Positions 9,237 through 20,249 of a stretch of DNA of 64,000 bases are shown in pieces. The notes under the pieces were generated by a model that saw only the letters and a program-made list of their open reading frames with translations, was not told the origin of the DNA and made no database searches. Within the stretch, counting starts at the first letter, position 1. Each line of letters begins with the position of its first letter. Origin of the DNA: Enterococcus phage vB_OCPT_CCS1. The position numbers were made by a program, and so were the translations under genes. The DNA is taken from the sequence record ON113170.1; one strand, given 5' to 3'.

Positions 9237-9817
9237 TCTTCCCCCGTTTTCTTTTTAATAAGATTAAAAACGTCATCAACGTCTTTAGGTGTTGTTGCAC
9301 CAAATAACTGACATAGTTCACGTTCAATACGTTCTTGCTGTACTCTGGCATTGAGTATTTTTTTATATTCAGTTATCAACTCAACATATCTGATAAGTTG
9401 GTCTGGGTCTAGTTTATTTAAGTCAATGTCTAATTTTGTAGGTACAGGTCTAATATTAAAGTAACTTGCCCTTACACTTGCTCCTGATTTTCGCAGTAAG
9501 CTTTCTGCGCTCGCTTTTTCTATTTCATCTGGACGGTCAATATAAAGATAAATGAGTGGACTATTTGGATACCATGAGTGCTTCCCCTCATATTTGTACT
9601 TAGCCTCAGCGATAACGTATTTTCTTCCCTTAACTAGAGGTGCCTCCGTATCTTCAAAACTTTTATCTACTCCTGCTCCAATGTACTCAACAATGTCACC
9701 CTCTTTAAATGGGAAATAATCAAATGGAACAACTTCATGTACACCTCGCATATTTAAACTATGCTGAGCTTCTACAAACTTCATAAAATCGAAATGTTTT
9801 TCATCAACAAGTGGCAT
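9233..9817 (-). CDS. hypothetical protein
   Basis: ORF track 194 aa; 4-nt overlap with the downstream gene. Confidence 0.5.
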   Translation of the reverse strand: MPLVDEKHFDFMKFVEAQHSLNMRGVHEVVPFDYFPFKEGDIVEYIGAGVDKSFEDTEAPLVKGRKYVIAEAKYKYEGKHSWYPNSPLIYLYIDRPDEIEKASAESLLRKSGASVRASYFNIRPVPTKLDIDLNKLDPDQLIRYVELITEYKKILNARVQQERIERELCQLFGATTPKDVDDVFNLIKKKTGEE

Positions 9818-9913
9818 TTTGTACCCCTCCTACAAAGTGTAGCCTCTCATTTTTAAAAGAGGCTTCTTTAGCTTTCTCTATCTGCTCTAATATGCGGTCA
9901 CCTTCTGCTGACA

Positions 9914-10768
9914 TCACTGCACACCCACTCCAATCTCTTTCCCTAGTTTTAGAGATTTGATTTTATTGTTAAACATGTCAGCTTGTTCGTTATAATGAAA
10001 AGCTAGCAACGTTTTAATGTTATTTTCAAATTCAGATGCTTTTGAATCTACATATGATTCCCCCACTAGTGAATACATTGTGATGTTATCTTTACAAAAT
10101 GCCCAAAGAGGTGTATCCAACTCACTTTTTAGCACACGAGTTTTAAACAGATAGTCTGGCTCTTTACTACGGTTTTCAATCTGTTTCTCGGTAATTTTCA
10201 AGTCTTCTTCTCGGACTTTCATTATACGAGTGGTACAAGTAAAGCCTCCTTCGATTACTTCTGATGGTCTAACATCTACTCGTACACCAACTAAATATAA
10301 AGAATCCTCTCTTGAAATGTATACGGGTTCAATATCTACAATCTTAGTAAATGGACACTCGTAACCATTCTTAGCAAACCAATCTGTGATTAAGGACTGT
10401 AACTCATCTTGCTTATCTTCTGGAATCTCATCTGTTAAGTAGTAGTCCTCTGCAACTTCTCCAACTTCTTCATAGACCATCTCTTGTGTACGTTCTAAGA
10501 ATGAATCAACATCTACAGGGAGATAAACCGGAGCCACTCTTCCAACTACAAAACTGTTGACTGGTTCTTCTGGAAGAAAACCTAAAATGTCCTCTACGTG
10601 TTCCCAAATCTCCTCTACAAAAGTTTTTCCATTTCTAATCGCATCTACAGCTAGTTTACCTGCATGAATAGCCTCTTCCTTGGTGTCGAAATAAGCACAA
10701 GCCCTCCAAACTTCCACATCTGTATCACTTGCACACATCCATTTTCCTACTAAAGACTCATTACTCAT
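9914..10768 (-). CDS. hypothetical protein
   Basis: ORF track 284 aa. Confidence 0.5.
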   Translation of the reverse strand: MSNESLVGKWMCASDTDVEVWRACAYFDTKEEAIHAGKLAVDAIRNGKTFVEEIWEHVEDILGFLPEEPVNSFVVGRVAPVYLPVDVDSFLERTQEMVYEEVGEVAEDYYLTDEIPEDKQDELQSLITDWFAKNGYECPFTKIVDIEPVYISREDSLYLVGVRVDVRPSEVIEGGFTCTTRIMKVREEDLKITEKQIENRSKEPDYLFKTRVLKSELDTPLWAFCKDNITMYSLVGESYVDSKASEFENNIKTLLAFHYNEQADMFNNKIKSLKLGKEIGVGVQ

Positions 10769-11079
10769 TTTTTCTTTCCTCCTGTTTTATCCTTATCCAG
10801 ACCCCATATATGTGCCCATTTACGACAAAAGTGTTTATCATAATCTAAGTTCATACCGGTAGCACCTTCGAAGTCTTTAAACTCTTCATAAAATTCCGAT
10901 TCTTTAAACCCATCCCACTTTTTCAATTCAACCATCCTATACATAAGTTGGTCAAATTGATAATCTGGTATTATAATTGCATCTAATTCATAATACAGAT
11001 AACTGTGTAGTAGTAAAGCACGCTCTGTCATGTTAATAAAAGACAAGTTATCTAGTATAGTATTATTTACAACAGTCAC
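10765..11079 (-). CDS. hypothetical protein
   Basis: ORF track 104 aa. Confidence 0.5.
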   Translation of the reverse strand: MTVVNNTILDNLSFINMTERALLLHSYLYYELDAIIIPDYQFDQLMYRMVELKKWDGFKESEFYEEFKDFEGATGMNLDYDKHFCRKWAHIWGLDKDKTGGKKK

Positions 11080-11081
11080 TA

Positions 11082-11564
11082 TTACTCCTCCGGAATTGAA
11101 ATTGTAACTTCTATACCTAACACAGCCATAATCTTGAACAAGGACGGTAAGCTAATTACAGTTAACCCATTTTCATATGTAGAGATGGCTTTCTGTGTAA
11201 TGCCTGCCTTCGTAGCTAATGCCCGTTGGGATAACCCTTGCTCTTCTCTTGTGCTGTGAATATATCCTCGTAGTGTATCAGATAGAGCACGTGTATACTC
11301 TTCCGTATCATCTTTATTAACACCTAGTTCAGTAACTACTTCATTCAAGTTAATCTTTTCCATTACTTGTCCTTTACTATTCTCCCAGTCCTGCGGGTTT
11401 AAATCAATGACAGATACATAGTTCTGTTCTTCTGATAATACAACTGGAATCCCACTATGGTCAACTACCCATACTGGATATACTTTATTCTCTATAAACT
11501 TGTCATTGGTACTAGACAAATATTTAATAGTGTCTCCATGTTTTAAATTCGATGATTTAAGCAT
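11082..11564 (-). CDS. XRE-family HTH DNA-binding protein
   Basis: C-terminal GLSQRALATKAGITQKAISTYENG is a classic HTH_3 helix-turn-helix. Confidence 0.65.
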   Translation of the reverse strand: MLKSSNLKHGDTIKYLSSTNDKFIENKVYPVWVVDHSGIPVVLSEEQNYVSVIDLNPQDWENSKGQVMEKINLNEVVTELGVNKDDTEEYTRALSDTLRGYIHSTREEQGLSQRALATKAGITQKAISTYENGLTVISLPSLFKIMAVLGIEVTISIPEE

Positions 11565-11644
11565 ATCTTCTCCCCCTTACCTTTCTATACTCATAGTATA
11601 TCAGATACCTTTCAGTACGTCAACAACTTTAAATAAAAAAAATC

Positions 11645-12007
11645 CTAGTATTTACTAGGATTTTTCTCTCTTTTTATTGCATCTGCGAGCATCTCACTAA
11701 AACAGGTTCCCCCATTATAGAAGGTAAATAAAAAGTTATACATGTCTGGCTCACCTTCCACAGGAGTAAGCACGGATACTTCATCATTACCTAAAATAGT
11801 TTGTTCGACCGCATGATAAAGGTCATCCCCTACTTTGACATAGCTATCATAATTCTCTTCTAAAAACCACTCCATGTCACTATCATAATAACTAGGTCGC
11901 TCTCCTCTACTTTGTGTAAACAAGCTAACTGCTTGATACTGTTCTGCTTCTGTAAGCTTACGTACCTTACCTACCCGTGTTTCCATTTCTGACATCATTT
12001 CTGACAT
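11645..12007 (-). CDS. hypothetical protein
   Basis: ORF track 120 aa. Confidence 0.5.
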   Translation of the reverse strand: MSEMMSEMETRVGKVRKLTEAEQYQAVSLFTQSRGERPSYYDSDMEWFLEENYDSYVKVGDDLYHAVEQTILGNDEVSVLTPVEGEPDMYNFLFTFYNGGTCFSEMLADAIKREKNPSKY

Positions 12008-12498
12008 TATAATCGCTCCTGCATTAATTTTATTTTGCTTTCAATGATTCCCTTAACACACTCCCAGTACCACATTAGGTGCTGATATTCATTCTCAGAT
12101 ACTTGTGTTGTTAGGAGGCTACATTGTTCAGGTATTTTTTCATGCTTATTAAAATACAATAATATTTGGTTTCCATCGAATATAGCTGTTGTTAATTCCC
12201 GTTTTGGGCGGTCACTAATGTGCATCTCTAAAATGGTATACAACCTTTGTATATTATATTCCTTGTCTAGGTTTATACTTATCATAGACAAACCTCGCTC
12301 TTTATAGCGGTTTTCGCACTCCATAATCATTGTATTTACTAACTGGTTATGCTTGATGTAGTCTTTACTTTTTACATGCACAAATATCCACTCCTTAAAT
12401 ATGGTCTTCGTCTTTAAACGTTTCGTAAGAATAATGTACCTGCGTTCTAACATAGAAGACCTTATTACAGCTTGGGCACGTTGTTTCCCAAATTGCAC
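12007..12498 (-). CDS. hypothetical protein
   Basis: ORF track 163 aa. Confidence 0.5.
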   Translation of the reverse strand: MQFGKQRAQAVIRSSMLERRYIILTKRLKTKTIFKEWIFVHVKSKDYIKHNQLVNTMIMECENRYKERGLSMISINLDKEYNIQRLYTILEMHISDRPKRELTTAIFDGNQILLYFNKHEKIPEQCSLLTTQVSENEYQHLMWYWECVKGIIESKIKLMQERL

Positions 12499-12625
12499 CC
12501 TCCTCTACGTTATCTGAGCTATAGATTCCAGAGTGATATAAATCATCCTCGTCTTTCATAGTTTCTTCACAAAATGGACAAGTGGGGTATAATTCCTTCT
12601 CTTCTATAATAAACCCTTTATACAT
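12395..12625 (-). CDS. small zinc-ribbon protein
   Basis: ORF track 76 aa; CPFCEE...CPSCNKVF. Confidence 0.4.
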   Translation of the reverse strand: MYKGFIIEEKELYPTCPFCEETMKDEDDLYHSGIYSSDNVEEGAIWETTCPSCNKVFYVRTQVHYSYETFKDEDHI

Positions 12626-12636
12626 AGTGACTCTCC

Positions 12637-12933
12637 CTATCTAAACGATTCATCTAAATCGAGTTCACGTTTTGCGATTTCAGTAATTTCTTCAATAGCT
12701 TCTTGGTACTCACGAATAGTCGTAACATCTTTCCCATTCCCACCTAGTACCCAATGATGCTGAATCATGTGCAATGCTTTAGTAAGATTTCCTTGGTAAC
12801 CGATGAGGGAAGTTCTTTCTTTTCCCTTTTTATCATAAAGAACCTCACCTGTTTCATTACGAACTACTCGTCTCACCGTTACGTTATCTGCATCACTGGT
12901 AATACGGTAGTCTAATAATTTCATGTTTAACAT
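12637..12933 (-). CDS. hypothetical protein
   Basis: ORF track 98 aa. Confidence 0.5.
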   Translation of the reverse strand: MLNMKLLDYRITSDADNVTVRRVVRNETGEVLYDKKGKERTSLIGYQGNLTKALHMIQHHWVLGGNGKDVTTIREYQEAIEEITEIAKRELDLDESFR

Positions 12934-13424
12934 TATTTCTCTCTCCTTTTCATTCGTTGGTTCCCTGTACGAGGTTTAAATTTACGTGGTAAAACACGGG
13001 TGTTGCGCTTGACTTCCTGATACTTACGTTTAAGCCGAATCTTCTTGTCTGATTGGCGTTCAAACATATCTGCAAGAGAAGAACAATAGTCAATCTCTGC
13101 ACGTAACTTTTCACCTACATATTTAGCTAGGTAATATTCATCAGTAGCTAACATGTAATAGTCAATGGTATTACTGCCAATAATGAGGACTCGTTCAACT
13201 GTGTATTTATCATAGATAGAAAAGCGTAATCGAATAATCAATTGGTCATATTGCGCATCATAAAAGACTGGTTTATAGTAAGCCATCTTGAGACGATTGT
13301 CTATTTCGTATAGATGGTCTTTTGTATAGTCTAATAGAAGAGTAATACGATTCTCTGTTTCATTTGTTCCTAAATCCATATATTTTCCTTTCCGGTGTGC
13401 GTGAATAGAGTCTAAGATACACAC
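12933..13424 (-). CDS. hypothetical protein
   Basis: ORF track 163 aa. Confidence 0.5.
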   Translation of the reverse strand: MCILDSIHAHRKGKYMDLGTNETENRITLLLDYTKDHLYEIDNRLKMAYYKPVFYDAQYDQLIIRLRFSIYDKYTVERVLIIGSNTIDYYMLATDEYYLAKYVGEKLRAEIDYCSSLADMFERQSDKKIRLKRKYQEVKRNTRVLPRKFKPRTGNQRMKRREK

Positions 13425-13565
13425 CTTAGCTGAAAGCTTACTTGATTAGACTCGGATAAAAGCCCCTTACCTAGACCTGTCCGCTAACAGCGGAGGTTAC
13501 TATCTAGGTAAGGGCTAAGGATAAACACACCCTATACATACCGTTAGTGTGACACGCCCGGTTTG

Positions 13566-13994
13566 CTACTGTTTTAAAATGAGGTCTGTTGGTGATACTG
13601 AATAGCTTTCTCCATTCCTCTTAGCAATTCCGTCTTTATTAAGAACTACTACTTTAAGTTTGTCTTCATCATAACCTGTTATCATCAAATTAGCTCCCAC
13701 TAGTTGTTCATTTCTTGTATAAAGTCCTGCCGGTGAGTAGAGAACACAATCTCCAATGTTAAATACTCCCTTAAGGTGCCTACTGCACATTGGGCAATAC
13801 TTAATAAATGTTCTAGCTTCTGCGGTCATTGTCGTACGAACATTCCCGTAACTATGGAAGCCAAATTGTACACGTAGTACATTATGGTCTATGTCTACTC
13901 CGATACCTCCGGATTCGTCCTCTAAATTATAAAGTAATGCTCCACCCTCACACCAATTACACATGTTGCTCCTCCTTCGCTTTTTGAATTTCAC
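13566..13994 (-). CDS. hypothetical Cys-rich protein
   Basis: ORF track 142 aa; CNWC...CPMC. Confidence 0.5.
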   Translation of the reverse strand: MKFKKRRRSNMCNWCEGGALLYNLEDESGGIGVDIDHNVLRVQFGFHSYGNVRTTMTAEARTFIKYCPMCSRHLKGVFNIGDCVLYSPAGLYTRNEQLVGANLMITGYDEDKLKVVVLNKDGIAKRNGESYSVSPTDLILKQ

Positions 13995-14220
13995 TTTGTA
14001 AAAAATTAATGTACCTTGGATTTTCTATATTAAACATGTCTTGAACATATACGGCTCCTAGTTCTCTATGATACGCATAGTCCACACCAATACGTCTATA
14101 GAACTCATGGTTAACATGATACATAAACTGATGGAATCTTGTGTGATGTCCTTTTAAGTCATACAGCTCCTGTAATAGGTCACAGATTTGTACAAATTCT
14201 TCCTTTGTTCCACTTGCCAT
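13957..14220 (-). CDS. hypothetical protein
   Basis: ORF track 87 aa. Confidence 0.45.
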   Translation of the reverse strand: MASGTKEEFVQICDLLQELYDLKGHHTRFHQFMYHVNHEFYRRIGVDYAYHRELGAVYVQDMFNIENPRYINFLQSEIQKAKEEQHV

Positions 14221-14295
14221 GATTTAGCTCCTCCTTACCTGTTACCTAAAGTATATCAAAGCCCAAAGCATCTGTCAACACTCTGGGTACTTTTT

Positions 14296-15936
14296 TTATT
14301 GTACAGATAATAAGGAGGCTACGTTAATATAAGTAATCAAACCTTTTTCTACGTCCTGTACAATCGGGTACTCTGCTTTGTCTTCATACATGATGTTATC
14401 TCGTACATATAGCATCTCTGATTCAACATAGCGGAAGATAGCATCTGAACTACCTGTTGTTGCTAATCGTATCCGTTTCTTATCCGTAGGGTTTGCTATA
14501 ATTGCCTGATTTTTACTTAGCTTACATAACAACTTAAACATTCTTGTAATGTTTTCGTCTTCTAAAGCCGGAGAATATGCTGTTTTCTTCTTCAATCGTT
14601 GTTCCATATAAATTGGAATTGCTTGTGCAGATAACTTCATTGTAGTATCACTATTTAAGAAGTACTCTGTAGTAGTTAAAACAGTCTTTGATTGTTCTAG
14701 GAACTTAAGCTGTAAATAGCATCGCAAGTCATCTTCTGAGAATGATTTTTGGTATTTTGAATGGTCTGCATTTATCCATTCTACGATGCTACTTAAGAAG
14801 GTTACAGGTCTCTTACCAGAGTAAGAAACACTGATATAGTCAGACGTATTTATTATCTCTTTTGCACAAGAGATTTCATATATAGTAGCTCCCTCTAGGT
14901 CGCTGTCTTCCCCGATAAAAATAGTAGTTAAGAAGCTACTTGGGACAAATCCTACATGGATAAATTCTTGGGTTTCTGGTAGATGTGACTCAATAAAACT
15001 ACCTAAAAGTTCTTTCCATAAGAACTGCTCTTCCTTGACTAGTGCTTCTTTCTTTTGAAGTTTATAGAACAGAAGGTCAAACGCAGTATACCAATCTTCG
15101 GAAATTTTTAGTTTAGTTAATTCTTCATCTACTGGAACATCAATAGTAACAGACGTGTCTTCCTTAACTTCCGTGCTATCTAAATCATTATCCCATAAAT
15201 CAAATGTTTTACGGAGACAAAACTCTCTCCATAATGTATCACTTGGGTCTTCTCCATATTGCAATAGCATTTGCTTTCCAATTGAAGTTAATGTAACCTT
15301 ACCTCGACTATTGATACCTTCGTTGTAATCTTGAATACACCCTTTATATCGCAAAGAAAGTAACATAGCGTTCGTTGCTTTATCTTCAATAAGTTTTAAT
15401 ATTTGTTTATATCCATACTCCATATAGAAGACAGGGAAGTTCTTTTGCTCAACAAAAGCTTCGTGCTCCACCTCTAACCCACGTTTTTGTCTGCCTAGTT
15501 TATCAATTATACGAAGTGCCTCTAATTCTCGTTCCTCAATAGTTACAACATACTGACTGATTTTGTTTTCATAAGCTAAAGCGGTGTTCATCTCTTGCAA
15601 AATCTGTTTAAATAAATCGTTTGCATCTTTTGCCTTCTGAGTCTTAAATGTTCTGATTGTCGTATCATAGAAACGTTCATGACTCGAAATAGCAAACTGC
15701 CCAATATATCGTTTACCTTTTAAATTTAAACGGTTTTCATTACGATTTCCTAGGGTAAACGTTACGTAGACAGACTCACTAGACTTAGAAAAATAAATGT
15801 CTTGAACAACTATGCCAATAGTTTCAAGCTCGTCTATACGTTTAGTAAAATCACTCTCATATTGTGGTCTGTTTATATTTTTGCAGTGTTTTCTATAATG
15901 TACTGCAACAGTTTTCGATTCTTTTGCCACATCCAA
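14296..15936 (-). CDS. large hypothetical protein
   Basis: ORF track 546 aa; no motif recognised by eye. Confidence 0.55.
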   Translation of the reverse strand: MDVAKESKTVAVHYRKHCKNINRPQYESDFTKRIDELETIGIVVQDIYFSKSSESVYVTFTLGNRNENRLNLKGKRYIGQFAISSHERFYDTTIRTFKTQKAKDANDLFKQILQEMNTALAYENKISQYVVTIEERELEALRIIDKLGRQKRGLEVEHEAFVEQKNFPVFYMEYGYKQILKLIEDKATNAMLLSLRYKGCIQDYNEGINSRGKVTLTSIGKQMLLQYGEDPSDTLWREFCLRKTFDLWDNDLDSTEVKEDTSVTIDVPVDEELTKLKISEDWYTAFDLLFYKLQKKEALVKEEQFLWKELLGSFIESHLPETQEFIHVGFVPSSFLTTIFIGEDSDLEGATIYEISCAKEIINTSDYISVSYSGKRPVTFLSSIVEWINADHSKYQKSFSEDDLRCYLQLKFLEQSKTVLTTTEYFLNSDTTMKLSAQAIPIYMEQRLKKKTAYSPALEDENITRMFKLLCKLSKNQAIIANPTDKKRIRLATTGSSDAIFRYVESEMLYVRDNIMYEDKAEYPIVQDVEKGLITYINVASLLSVQ

Positions 15937-15945
15937 TTACCTCTC

Positions 15946-16266
15946 TTATCTTTCTTCTTTTGCAACATATGCCTCTAATACAATGGTTCTAATAGGTTCT
16001 ATTTCGTGTACTTCATCTTTGACCTTCTTGATTACACCTTCTCTTAGCAGTCCTTCTCCTAACTTATGTGAAGCTTCTAGCATTCGTAAGTTTACAAGTT
16101 CATCACTGTCAAATACACTCACATCTAACCTTACTCTGTAAGGTAATACTTGTTGGTGTACACGGGTGACTGTTAGAGGTTCCCCTATAAGAGGACTCTT
16201 TCCAACTCGAGAAAATGCCCAGTTATCTAGTTTTTGGTTAAACCGCTTCTTTAACCTGTCTAACAT
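15946..16266 (-). CDS. hypothetical protein
   Basis: ORF track 106 aa; promoter gtgTTGACTT-N18-TATACT at 16287-16316; RBS GGAGGTGAAAAC. Confidence 0.55.
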   Translation of the reverse strand: MLDRLKKRFNQKLDNWAFSRVGKSPLIGEPLTVTRVHQQVLPYRVRLDVSVFDSDELVNLRMLEASHKLGEGLLREGVIKKVKDEVHEIEPIRTIVLEAYVAKEER

Positions 16267-16286
16267 GTTTTCACCTCCATGTACAT

Positions 16287-16316
16287 AGTATACATGTTAA
16301 GCCTTACAAAAGTCAA
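16287..16316 (-). promoter_or_regulatory. promoter (TTGACT-N18-TATACT)
   Basis: upstream of 15946..16266. Confidence 0.5.
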
Positions 16317-16339
16317 CAATAAAATAAAAAAACATACAA

Positions 16340-17080
16340 CTAAGTATGTTTTTTCGGTACGAAATATTTCTCTTGAATATTGCCGTCTTTATCTACAACA
16401 ATGCCGTTTAACTGTCCGCCATAGGCACAGGCACCATCAATATATATTGTACGGTCTCCTAAATAAATATCACAGTTATTGCCTTTATGAAAGTTCACTG
16501 TAGGGGTATGCCCAACAATGATAGTTTTACTTGTCTCGTTCTTTTGGAGTGGATTCGGTCTAGTCCAAAGCATTTCATGTTCTTCTGCTGTTTTCCAGTC
16601 TGGTTGTCTCCATCTAGGAATACCACCATGTACAAATAGCACGTTACCGAACTCGTAGTAAGGTTCTAGCAGTTCTAGGGTGTCTTTTACGTTAGACTTG
16701 CTAAGAAGCTCCATACGTAACGCTAGGGCACTCCAAGAAGCTGTATTCACCTCCAGAATAGAATCAGCAGTCTCTCGACCTCCCTGATTGTACCATACTG
16801 AATATATATCTTTTAAATCCTCAAAATCGGCATCTCGTACCAAAGGAAAACTAAGGAAGTCTAACAACATCTGGTCATGGTTACCTTTGATTGCTGTTCC
16901 ACCAGAAGCCATGTGCTCATAAACAAACCCTAGAACTTCTTTTGATTGGAGACCTCTGTCTACATAGTCTCCTAAAAGAACCAATTCTTGTTCTTCACGA
17001 TTCCAATATTTTAATAACTCCATAAACTCATCGTACATACCATGTATATCTGATACTACGAACACTTTCTCTTTGCTCAT
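16340..17080 (-). CDS. calcineurin-like metallophosphoesterase (PP2A/ApaH-like Ser/Thr phosphatase fold)
   Basis: VVSDIHGMYDEF...LLGDYVDRG...GNHD are the canonical MPP motifs I-III. Confidence 0.7.
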   Translation of the reverse strand: MSKEKVFVVSDIHGMYDEFMELLKYWNREEQELVLLGDYVDRGLQSKEVLGFVYEHMASGGTAIKGNHDQMLLDFLSFPLVRDADFEDLKDIYSVWYNQGGRETADSILEVNTASWSALALRMELLSKSNVKDTLELLEPYYEFGNVLFVHGGIPRWRQPDWKTAEEHEMLWTRPNPLQKNETSKTIIVGHTPTVNFHKGNNCDIYLGDRTIYIDGACAYGGQLNGIVVDKDGNIQEKYFVPKKHT

Positions 17081-17337
17081 TAATCGTCCTCTACTTTCTC
17101 AAAATAACGAAAGAACGCATACCAATCATATCGTTCAGTAACCTGCTTACTCTCGTACATAAATACAAACTCAACGTATTTGTGTTTAACTGCATGAGGG
17201 TCTATTGGTTCCCAAGGAAGCCTGCGAGGGTAATCATAGTAAACTCTTGTTGGAATGACTTCTCGCATTAATAATTTAGGGTACCGCTTTTTAGGACGGT
17301 ACCTCTTTCCTAAAACATGTTCGTATGTCGGTCTCAT
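17080..17337 (-). CDS. hypothetical basic protein
   Basis: ORF track 85 aa. Confidence 0.45.
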   Translation of the reverse strand: MRPTYEHVLGKRYRPKKRYPKLLMREVIPTRVYYDYPRRLPWEPIDPHAVKHKYVEFVFMYESKQVTERYDWYAFFRYFEKVEDD

Positions 17338-17942
17338 TCTATTGTACCATGTTTCGTATAAGTTAAGCCGGACTCATTGAAATGCTTTTCCTTTTCTTCA
17401 ATCAGGTTAATACACTCTTTAATTGTGTATGGTGTCCCAAAAGGATGTAAAGTTAATTCTGGTGAATCGACACCTACATTTAATAAGTTAGGTTCTTGAT
17501 AAGCCATTTCGTGAATGTGTCCATGTAAGTTTACTCGGTTTCCTCGACTACCAATAATAAGTGGATAGTGTGTTAAATGGATGATTTTTCTTTCTTGCTT
17601 TAGTATTACGCCAACATCACTCCAAAATACTCGTTCACGTAATTCCTCATCCCGATTAATTGTTTTTAAAAGCTTGGTACTGTCGTGGTTTCCTTTAACC
17701 ATGATAATGATACCGTTTAGCTTACGAAGAATCTCTAGAGTATCCTTTGGTTTCTGGTTCATAGCAAAGTCACCTAGATGGTACACAGTGTCTTCCTGTT
17801 TTACCCGTTTGTTCCATGTTTTGATTAAGTAAGCGTTCATCTCATCTACATCAGCAAACCTGCGCCTTGTTTCTACAAAGCCATCTTCTCCACAAATATT
17901 GTGGTGATTAAAGTGCATGTCTGAAATTACATATGTTTTCAT
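17334..17942 (-). CDS. metallophosphoesterase
   Basis: VISDMHFNHHN...YHLGDF...KGNHD...HGHIH MPP motifs. Confidence 0.7.
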   Translation of the reverse strand: MKTYVISDMHFNHHNICGEDGFVETRRRFADVDEMNAYLIKTWNKRVKQEDTVYHLGDFAMNQKPKDTLEILRKLNGIIIMVKGNHDSTKLLKTINRDEELRERVFWSDVGVILKQERKIIHLTHYPLIIGSRGNRVNLHGHIHEMAYQEPNLLNVGVDSPELTLHPFGTPYTIKECINLIEEKEKHFNESGLTYTKHGTIE

Positions 17943-18514
17943 TCTAGCAACCCTCCCAATTCAAAGTTATCGAAGCACTCTGCATTGTATACATTTTGAA
18001 TGGCATTCCGATAGAACTCTACAGTTTCTAGACTAACTGGGGTGAAGTTGTGTACGTCTACCCCTACGTTAAGAGCATTACGTTTTACTTTTTGCTTTTC
18101 ATGAATATGTCCGAATAAGCCAAAATACCCGTCTTTGATTTTATCTTCTGAATAGCTCATATGAGAAGGCTCATGGACAAGAACTAATTTTTGGTCTACA
18201 AGGGTGACAGCTGTTCCTTTTCGAACAAACTCAAAGTAGTTTTCTTGTTCCGGAGTAATAAATCCACCTTTTCCATCCCGTTCGTAGTTACCAAATAATA
18301 AATGAATTTTACCTTTAAGCTGTTTAGCTACTTCGAAGTTACCGAAATCTCCTAAATGGTAAACGGTGTCCTCTTCATCTACAACATCGTTCCACCGTTC
18401 TATCATAGCTAAATCAGCATGTTCTACATTATCAAAATACATACCTCGCATGGAGTATTTGAAAGTACGTTCTTGTCCAAAGTGTGTGTCGGACGTAAAC
18501 CAAATCTTACTCAT
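17939..18514 (-). CDS. metallophosphoesterase (tandem paralog of the previous)
   Basis: FTSDTHFGQ...YHLGDFGN...FGNYE...GHIHE; shared DTVYHLGDF block with 17334..17942. Confidence 0.7.
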   Translation of the reverse strand: MSKIWFTSDTHFGQERTFKYSMRGMYFDNVEHADLAMIERWNDVVDEEDTVYHLGDFGNFEVAKQLKGKIHLLFGNYERDGKGGFITPEQENYFEFVRKGTAVTLVDQKLVLVHEPSHMSYSEDKIKDGYFGLFGHIHEKQKVKRNALNVGVDVHNFTPVSLETVEFYRNAIQNVYNAECFDNFELGGLLE

Positions 18515-19048
<534 letters not shown>

Positions 19049-19075
19049 TTACTCCTCTATGCAATTTAATTATGG

Positions 19076-19426
19076 TTATGTTGTGACTATTAATAGAATT
19101 AACAATTGAAGGTAATGAACTGTTTGGTCAATTGTTAATTGTGTTTTGGGGTCTGGTACTATCGAAGGAAACCATGTACTTTGTGCTTTGAGATAGTCCA
19201 TTACAAAGTGTGGTAACCATAGAACAAGTAAAATGTGTGCTAATGTAATAGACAAACCAATTAGGTAACCTGTCATAGCAATTGTAAAAGTCCAAATAGT
19301 TGCATGGATAAATAACACGTATAGGTCTCTTGTTTTTTCTCTTGCAATATATTCACTTTGTAGTGCATAGTCTCCTACAGCATGTGCTCCTACTAACATA
19401 ACAAACATAGTAATATATGGCGTCAT
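19076..19426 (-). CDS. multi-pass membrane protein
   Basis: ORF track 116 aa; 3-4 hydrophobic helices. Confidence 0.5.
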   Translation of the reverse strand: MTPYITMFVMLVGAHAVGDYALQSEYIAREKTRDLYVLFIHATIWTFTIAMTGYLIGLSITLAHILLVLWLPHFVMDYLKAQSTWFPSIVPDPKTQLTIDQTVHYLQLLILLIVTT

Positions 19427-19992
19427 TCTTGTTCCTCCCTACAATCGTGATAACCTTCTCGGTAAGCTTTAAGCCAATATTCAAGTTCATCCATATCTGA
19501 TGAGAGGTTAATTCTATTTAGCACTGTGTTAATTGGTATTTTAATATCTTCGGTTACTTCTGGTTCAAACGCTTTGTATAATAGCTTGTCGTACCAGTCT
19601 TGATTCCACTGTGTACCTGCCTTATCTTTTATATAGTATTTGTTCCCAATATACTCGATAGGGTAGCATTCACCCTTAATAAACAATGTGCTACTTCCAT
19701 ACATAAATGTCTTTTTACACAACAGATATTTATGTTCATTTAGTTTAATCAATTGCTTTTCCTCCGTATGCTTAGACTCGGTATCTTCAATTAGTTCAGT
19801 AAGCGGTATATACTCTATTGTTCTCCTAAGAACTATATCTCCCGCTTCTTCATCTGTATCTAGCCAACGTTTAGTGCCATCACTCATCCAAATAAGGCGT
19901 AATGGGTAACCCATTTCGTCATATTGGATAATATTAGTTCGGTTACTAACTGTCGGTTCTGGTTTCTTTTTTAGGGATTTAAACAAGTTCAC
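19423..19992 (-). CDS. hypothetical protein
   Basis: ORF track 189 aa. Confidence 0.5.
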   Translation of the reverse strand: MNLFKSLKKKPEPTVSNRTNIIQYDEMGYPLRLIWMSDGTKRWLDTDEEAGDIVLRRTIEYIPLTELIEDTESKHTEEKQLIKLNEHKYLLCKKTFMYGSSTLFIKGECYPIEYIGNKYYIKDKAGTQWNQDWYDKLLYKAFEPEVTEDIKIPINTVLNRINLSSDMDELEYWLKAYREGYHDCREEQE

Positions 19993-20249
19993 CTTGTCAC
20001 CTTCCTGATTAAGGAAGCTGTTACCTCTACAGGAACAACCTCTAGGTTTCTATACTTATTATTATATTTGCCTTCTTTTAGCAAAATTCGAATCATTGTG
20101 TCTCTTCTGCCTACCGCAGATTCACGCATGGGGTACATTTGAGCATATGACGGGTTAGAAGACCACGCATGGAGAGTTAAACCGGCTGTATAATACATAT
20201 ACATCTCCCACTCTGTATCATAGGCTCTTATAACAAACTGAGTGCTCAT
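19989..20249 (-). CDS. hypothetical protein
   Basis: ORF track 86 aa. Confidence 0.45.
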   Translation of the reverse strand: MSTQFVIRAYDTEWEMYMYYTAGLTLHAWSSNPSYAQMYPMRESAVGRRDTMIRILLKEGKYNNKYRNLEVVPVEVTASLIRKVTR